DNA from: Octopus sinensis
Lineage: Eukaryota
NCBI RefSeq assembly: GCF_006345805.1
Contig: NW_021826493.1
Coordinates: 1-12,768 of the forward strand
Reading direction: 5' to 3'
DNA length: 12,768 nt
The translations under genes and the position numbers were made by a program. Of this stretch, positions 7,763 through 12,768 are shown piece after piece; positions within the stretch are counted from its first letter, which is position 1; every line of letters starts with the position of its first letter. Under the pieces are notes generated by a model. The model did not search any database, had not been told where the DNA came from, and saw only the letters and a program-made list of their open reading frames with translations.

Positions 7763-8317
7763 TTCAACGTTGCTCTTCACTATTAATTCAACATTAGCAA
7801 ACACTGATAGTGTTTTGGATAATGTTGAACTGACAGAGTGCAATGCTGAGGTAATCACGGAGAATACTATTCATGTCATGGTGTAATAAAACGCTCATAT
7901 AATGACGGCGTGTAGCGTTTAAATGATGGCGGAATGCAATGTGTATATATTCACAGAGCGAGGGAGAAAGCGAGAGAGATGGAGAGAAGGAAAGATTACT
8001 AATTCCTACAAGTGGTAACATAAAGGAAATAAAGAAAGCTGAAAATGCACTAAGAGTGTGAAGAAGATTTATATTCAAATTAATGCACCGAACCGGTTTC
8101 CCTATTTGTTTGATTTTCAAACGTTGAAGATTTGAGAGGCATAAAGCTGTGCTACATATTCTATCGTTCTGTAAATTTACACTTTGAAAATTCAGATAAA
8201 ATAAGGATAACTCAGCAGGGTTTATTGGAAAGGATCGGTAAACAGATAAAGACTTATTAGAAACACCAGAACTCTTCTACGCGGGCCCCATTGGTTGAAC
8301 TCAAGCTGCTGAGTAAT

Positions 8318-8370
8318 CCCCATTTTTTCCTGAATTTTTCAAATTTTAACGGTAATCTATGGACGCCCTG
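8318..8370. mobile_element. Possible solo Tc1/mariner-type terminus
   Basis: The reverse complement reads TA-CAGGGCGTCCATAGATTACCGTTAAAATTTGAAAAATT, resembling CAGGGTGTCC-type Tc1/mariner TIRs next to a TA. No partner TIR was found in the window. Confidence 0.4.
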
Positions 8371-8569
8371 TATATATATATAGCGAAGTTTACTGTTCAG
8401 AGAATGTCCAATCACATAATTTAACACTACATTCCGCCGAGTGGTTTTATAGCACAAAACGTCTGCTGTGTCCTCACGTGAAGCCCAAATTTATGGAACC
8501 GTCCACCAGCAAACCCCTAAAATCTAAAATCTTTCCTGTCTTCACTAGATTTTATATTAAATGTCTAAA

Positions 8570-8658
8570 TTGTTTCTGTCATTAGACTACGGCCATTTTG
8601 GGGCACTACTTGGAGTGATTGGTTAAACAAATCGACCCTAGAACTTAATGTTTTAAAG
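8570..8658 (-). mobile_element. Strongly decayed 3' fragment of the SINE at 1644/3338
   Basis: TGTTTCTGTCATTAGACTACGGCCAT...AACAAATCGACCCTAGAACTTA aligns with 3355-3430 (TCTTTCAGTCATTTGACTGTGGCCAT...GCAAATCGACCCCAGGACTTA). Confidence 0.6.
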
Positions 8659-8739
8659 ATGTGGTTCTTATGTTATGGTTGGGTAGCGATGTTACGAGGA
8701 CATAAACAAACCAACACTATTTGTCATGCAGTGTAAGGG

Positions 8740-8759
8740 CAGACAGACAGAAGACAGAT

Positions 8760-8830
<71 letters not shown>

Positions 8831-8926
8831 GATAATAGAGAGAGAGAAAAAAAGGAGAGAGAGAGGCAGACAGACAGACTGACAAGCAGAGTGACAAACA
8901 GGCATGCAGACAGATTGACAGATAGA

Positions 8927-8977
<51 letters not shown>

Positions 8978-8987
8978 AGTGGGAAAT

Positions 8988-9059
<72 letters not shown>

Positions 9060-9091
9060 AGTGAGAGAAAGAAAGAGAGAGAGAGGGAGAA

Positions 9092-9158
<67 letters not shown>
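8740..9158. repeat. Compound (GACA)n/(GATA)n/(GA)n microsatellite
   Basis: Read directly; explains the minus-strand LSIY-repeat ORFs. Confidence 0.95.
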
Positions 9159-9540
9159 TGTAGTAATGAAAGGAGGATAAGTGACGTAAGACACAGAAAC
9201 TAAGAATTGCATCGTTAGTTTTAGTCATGACATAAGCGACACGGCTGTTTCTTCGCTCACATAATAAGCTGGAAAAGCATTGCAATAGATACTGTAAACT
9301 TGGAAGGCTTAACAACAGCGAAACCGGTGGATAAAAATGCGTACGGGAGAGGAAAATATGCACAAGGATATAGAGAAAAATGTTCTTACATAAAGAGAAG
9401 GCGAGAGAGACGGAGAGAGAGAGAGAGAGGGAAAGAGAGAGACGGAGAGAGAGAGAGAGGGAGGGAGACAGATTAGAGTTTATTAATTGAACACAATTGA
9501 TAAACTCAACACATTCTCTTCTCCTCGCACGCATAAAGGG

Positions 9541-9970
9541 AAATATGTTCATACAGAGATGGGTGGAGAGGGGTTGGGAGGTGGTTGGGATGAGAAGGGG
9601 GTAAGAGGAATTGGTGGGAGAGAGAGGGGTGGGAGAGAAACATTAAATATGCTCACACACATAAACAGAGATGGAGGAGAGGGTCGGGAGAGTATGAAGA
9701 GAGTGGGTAGAGAGAGGGAGGGTAAGAGGAAGTGGAGGGAATGGAAGGAGAGAGAGGGGTGGGAGAGAAACATTAAATATGCTCGTACACATAAACAGAG
9801 AGGGGTCGAAAAGAGTTGGGGAGAGGAGGAGACGAGGAGGAAGGGGGAAGATAGAGGGAGGGAGGTAGACGGGGTAGACGGGGTAGAGGGAGGGACGGAG
9901 AAAAGGAGTGGAAAGAGAGAGGGAGTGAAAGGGAAGAGAGAAGGAGGGTGGGAGAGAAACATTAAAATGT
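9541..9970. repeat. Purine-rich degenerate minisatellite
   Basis: A 55-bp block at 9617-9671 recurs at 9747-9801 with 2 mismatches (period 130). GGGTGGGAGAGAAACATTAAA recurs again at 9946-9966, and there is a partial copy at 9541. Confidence 0.85.
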
Positions 9971-10251
9971 CTGCAGTCAAATAAGACAAGGTCGAATCAT
10001 CGGCGCCAGGTGTAGGGGGCTCCAGAACGGCTGTGCCAAAATGTCTCATAAACTAGCTGCAACACCTATGATTATCGGCCTGCTGGCAGACAAAACAACA
10101 ACATCAACAACAATATACACAAACTCACACATACATAAATGCATATACGTATGTAGATTAGGGGGTTGCCAATATGTCTGGTGGGGTGGTCACGGAAAAC
10201 ATCTATTATAATAATTGAAATTATAGATAAGATACTGTTGCCTTGTTAATA

Positions 10252-10401
10252 CAGGTGTAATAATTAACACAGGTGTAATAATGTTGAAACTTTCAGGTAC
10301 GGCCTCATTAATCTAATAGCGCAGGTGTAATAATGGTGAAATTACAGGTAAGGTAATATTTACCATTATAGACAGGTGTAAAAATGTTGAAATTACAGGT
10401 A
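10252..10401. repeat. 51-52 bp minisatellite with CAGGTG/CAGGTA pairs
   Basis: Unit CAGGTGTAATAATGTTGAAATTACAGGTA at 10270, 10322 and 10373, with a partial unit at 10252. Confidence 0.85.
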
Positions 10402-10465
10402 AAAAAAGCTATTAGCCTTACCTTACACCAAAAATAATATTTACTTAAGCACTGAAAAAAATAAG

Positions 10466-10620
10466 CGTGTGCGTATGTATACGTATAAATATATATATGC
10501 GTGTGTCTATGCGTATGTATATACACACATACATATATATATGTGTATTTATATACATACATATATATATGCATATTCGTATATACATATATACATACAC
10601 ATACATACATATATATCTAT
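10466..10620. repeat. Compound TA/CA/TG microsatellite
   Basis: Read directly from the sequence. Confidence 0.9.
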
Positions 10621-10746
10621 TGGTATGTATTAGCAATTTACAATAAATTGATTCGTTATAAATTCTCGTTAAGACCAGGAAACACAACACCTTCACTGTA
10701 ATATTCAAGGCCAGTATTGAAAAACGAGGTAATTTGGAAGCAGCTT

Positions 10747-10777
<31 letters not shown>

Positions 10778-10794
10778 ATATATATCTATATATA
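10747..10794. repeat. (TA)n microsatellite
   Basis: Read directly from the sequence. Confidence 0.9.
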
Positions 10795-11000
10795 AGTAGA
10801 CAATGAATTATCTTATTACGGATAATTCGAAAGATAACCGATACCTGGTGTAGCAAACTCAAAACAGAAAGGGCACGGTTGAAGTTACGACCATAGGGCA
10901 TAAAATCCGTGCCTTAGTGCGGAAATTTACTTTTATGGGCTCCTCGTGAGCAGTCATCGAAAAGCTTGTTGTGCATTTTGTTGGATAATTAAGTTCCTGG

Positions 11001-11085
11001 ATTTTCCTGAAGAGAAAGCTGCATAATGGACTCCTTAGTCACTCGGAATTAGGGACTTTGCAGACTTCGAACATATGTCGAAAGT
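11001..11085 (+). ncRNA. Type I minimal hammerhead ribozyme with palindromic helix III, one core A deleted
   Basis: AUUUUC(11001-11006)-CUGAAGA(11007-11013)-long helix II (GAA/UUC, CUGCA/UGCAG, UCCUUAGU/AUUAGGGA)-GA-ACAUAUGU(11071-11078)-C-GAAAGU(11080-11085). Helix I is 6 bp and the cleavage triplet is GUC. AATAAA follows at 11088. The core reads GAAC instead of GAAAC. Confidence 0.65.
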
Positions 11086-11131
11086 AAAATAAAGGAATTT
11101 TGTTAAATCTTCGTTCAGCTCCATTCTTTCC

Positions 11132-11181
11132 TATACATATATTATATATATAGATATATAATATATATATATATATATATA

Positions 11182-11227
<46 letters not shown>
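11132..11227. repeat. (TA)n microsatellite
   Basis: Read directly from the sequence. Confidence 0.95.
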
Positions 11228-11232
<5 letters not shown>

Positions 11233-11323
11233 CTGTTGTGTCTGGAAGAGTCATTTCTTTTTTTGCCTTATAATTTAACACACTCACTGGTAAAATTTCT
11301 ACTTATCTCTTATTTTTATTTTC

Positions 11324-11360
11324 CTAAAATTTTCGTTTCGTCTTGCAACCTTTTCAATAG
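11324..11360 (-). ncRNA. Hammerhead-like motif with U3-A8 variant core (left arm of foldback)
   Basis: Minus strand: CUA-UUGAAAA(11357-11351)-G-GUUGC-AAGAC-GAAAC-GAA-AAUU-U-UAG. Helix I is 3 bp, helix II pairs at 4 of 5 positions, and helix III is the palindrome AAUU. Confidence 0.35.
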
Positions 11361-11389
11361 TCTTGAAAGCAGTCTTGAAAGAGTCAAGA

Positions 11390-11426
11390 CTATTGAAAAG
11401 GTTGCAAGACGCAACGAAACTTTTAG
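11390..11426 (+). ncRNA. Hammerhead-like motif with U3-A8 variant core (right arm of foldback)
   Basis: CUA-UUGAAAA(11393-11399)-G-GUUGC-AAGAC-GCAAC-GAAA(11416-11419)-CUU-U-UAG. Helix II is a perfect 5 bp directly before GAAA and helix I is 3 bp. The helix III palindrome is broken (ACUU). Confidence 0.4.
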
Positions 11427-11675
11427 GACAATAAAAATAAGAAATAAGTGGAAATTTTACCGGTGAGTGTATTACATTATAAGGCACAAAAAGAAAATGA
11501 CTCTCCCCTTTCTGGTCACGTTGCTCTTTTTTAACAACGACAATCTCTTGTAATTTCTTATGGTTGTCTGATAATTATGCTGTATCATCAACATATATTG
11601 TTTTATGTTCATGCCATTGACTGAAACTACTTCAATCTTATTTCGCTCTTCTCTCTCTCGTTATATATATATATA

Positions 11676-12052
11676 CTAGCAGTATCGTCCGGTGTTGCTC
11701 GGGTTTGTAAGGGAAATAACTATATAAGCATTTTTAGAGAGTTATAGCAAAAAAATAGCAAAAAAATGCATTAAAAATGGAAAAGAAATTATGGTAATTT
11801 TTTTTTAAATCGTTGACTCATCGTAGACATTTTTAGAGAGTTACTTCCCTTATATAATAGCGAAAAAATGCATTAAAATGGAAAAAAATGATGGTAAGTT
11901 TTTTTTAAATCGTAGACTCATCGCAGACGCGCGCTAATACCCAGAAGGGCTCGATATGAATCACGACTATAAACTGCACCTCAAAATGTGGGAGTAGTTA
12001 GGAATCTAAATCGTAGGAGACAGACACACAACTTGACTTTTATATATAAAGA
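11676..12052 (-). mobile_element. Non-autonomous Helitron (377 bp)
   Basis: The minus strand begins TCTTTATATATAAAAG (12052) and ends CTAG (11679-11676). A GC-rich hairpin remnant (CCGAGCAACACCGG, about 11689-11702) lies 8-9 nt before the CTAG. Inserted between A and T with no TSD. Internal tandem duplication of about 100 bp (11729-11827, 11828-11928). Confidence 0.85.
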
Positions 12053-12092
12053 TATATGTATATTTATATAATCAGTATAGGTATTAAATAGT

Positions 12093-12225
12093 TAGGTGAT
12101 AACACATCTCTTTGTCTTACACCTCTTCTGATCTCTGCCGATTCCGACAACTGACCTATTTTGATGACTGCCTTTTAGTTCCAATATAACACATTGATAA
12201 TTCTGATGTCCTTTGATCTCGTTTC
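12093..12225. repeat. Direct repeat, copy A
   Basis: About 88-90% identical to 12526-12660 (offset 433 bp). Both copies are followed by (CT)n. Confidence 0.9.
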
Positions 12226-12226
12226 C

Positions 12227-12228
<2 letters not shown>

Positions 12229-12271
<43 letters not shown>

Positions 12272-12281
12272 CTCACTCTCT
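12229..12281. repeat. (CT)n microsatellite
   Basis: Read directly from the sequence. Confidence 0.95.
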
Positions 12282-12381
12282 GAAACAAAAACAATTGCAC
12301 CGTGGAAGATGTTTGTTGTAAGCCATTTTAAGAACACACAAAAAAACCGTTTGTTTCACTTCAACATTTAAATTTAATTTG

Positions 12382-12428
12382 TGTAAAAATATTTTCATCG
12401 ATTTGAAACTGCGACCTGTTCACTGATA
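12382..12428 (-). ncRNA. Hammerhead-like motif with G3-C8 variant core and palindromic helix III
   Basis: Minus strand: UAUCA-GUGAACA(12423-12417)-G-GUCG-CAGUUUCAAAU-CGAU-GAA-AAUAUU(12393-12388)-U-UUACA. Helix II is 4 bp, helix I pairs at 3 of 5 positions, and helix III is a perfect 6-nt palindrome. Confidence 0.5.
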
Positions 12429-12525
12429 AAATTTTCGAGTGCTTTCTTTGAATGGCTTTATAACACCTCCCACGCTACAATCATATTTATATTTATTTAT
12501 TTATTCAATATAATTATTGACTCGG

Positions 12526-12660
12526 TAGGAGATAATGCGATTCCTTGTCTTACACCTCTTCTGATCTCTGCTGATTCCGACAACTGCTGATCCATTTTGT
12601 TGACTGCCTTTTAGTTCCAATATAACACACTGTTGATTTTGATATCCTTTGAACTCGCTT
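12526..12660. repeat. Direct repeat, copy B
   Basis: Aligns to 12093-12225 with about 11 substitutions and one 3-nt indel over the core 116 bp. Confidence 0.9.
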
Positions 12661-12664
12661 GACT

Positions 12665-12768
12665 CCCTCTCTCTCTCTCCCTCCTCTCTCTCTCTCTCCC
12701 TTTTTCTCTCTCTCTACATATATAATATATATATATATATAATAAACATATGCATATATATAAACATA
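12665..12768. repeat. (CT)n then (TA)n microsatellite
   Basis: Read directly from the sequence. Confidence 0.9.

Larger units (their letters stand above)
11247..11504. repeat. 258-bp foldback (long inverted repeat)
   Basis: Arms at 11247-11366 and 11384-11504 differ by 9 substitutions and 1 indel on hand alignment. The inner 28 bp are perfect. The 17-nt spacer includes a duplication of AGTCTTGAAAG. Confidence 0.95.

Noticed and set aside
7798-7850. Possible 53-nt exon (TTAG|...GAG|GTAATC)
   Set aside because: The polypyrimidine tract is weak, there are no neighbouring exons and the peptide is unrecognisable; it needs RNA-seq.
5722-7886. ORFs of 60-215 aa (poly-Ile, poly-Leu/Ser/Thr, YI/HT repeats)
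   Set aside because: They are translations of stop-free microsatellite frames with no domain-like sequence.
8056-8100. GTGAAGA...GAACCGGTT as another hammerhead remnant
   Set aside because: G3.G8 mismatch, no helix II, and an incomplete GAAA.
7763-8128. 9-bp inverted repeat TTCAACGTT/AACGTTGAA as possible MITE ends
   Set aside because: Too short, partly self-palindromic, and no TSD.
9299-9330. GCT/AGC stem followed by GAAACCGGTG, resembling the 3' half of a minimal hammerhead
   Set aside because: There is no recognisable CUGANGA, position 17 is G, and there is no helix I. At most a heavily decayed remnant.
8692-10049. ORFs of 286, 162, 165 and 166 aa
   Set aside because: They arise from (GATA)n, (GA)n and purine-rich repeats and are low-complexity throughout.
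10805-10832. 8-bp hairpin GAATTATC/GATAATTC followed by GAAA
   Set aside because: The upstream bases do not give a valid hammerhead core, and no helix I or III follows.
1-12768. CRISPR array, rRNA, intact tRNA or prokaryotic operon
   Set aside because: There is no repeat-spacer periodicity, no rRNA-like segment and no foldable cloverleaf; the composition is eukaryotic repeat DNA.

Overview
Eukaryotic, repeat-dense, AT-rich non-coding DNA. The SINE families resemble, from memory and not database-checked, the octopus tRNA-derived SINEs, so a cephalopod origin is likely. I find no intact protein-coding gene: almost all listed ORFs are microsatellite or low-complexity artefacts. The window holds long microsatellite arrays and several tRNA-derived SINE copies, one full-length with a 13-bp target-site duplication. 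It also holds a frameshifted mariner DD34D transposase relic, a non-autonomous Helitron with canonical TC...CTAG ends, and a 258-bp foldback element. The most interesting signal is a set of six hammerhead-ribozyme-like motifs, each in a short island next to a microsatellite. Three have the canonical C3-G8 core (CUGANGA), two have U3-A8 (UUGAAAA) and one has G3-C8 (GUGAACA), so the core 3-8 pair co-varies. Several have the minimal, palindromic helix III typical of Penelope-like-element hammerheads. All copies look partly decayed, and activity is untested.
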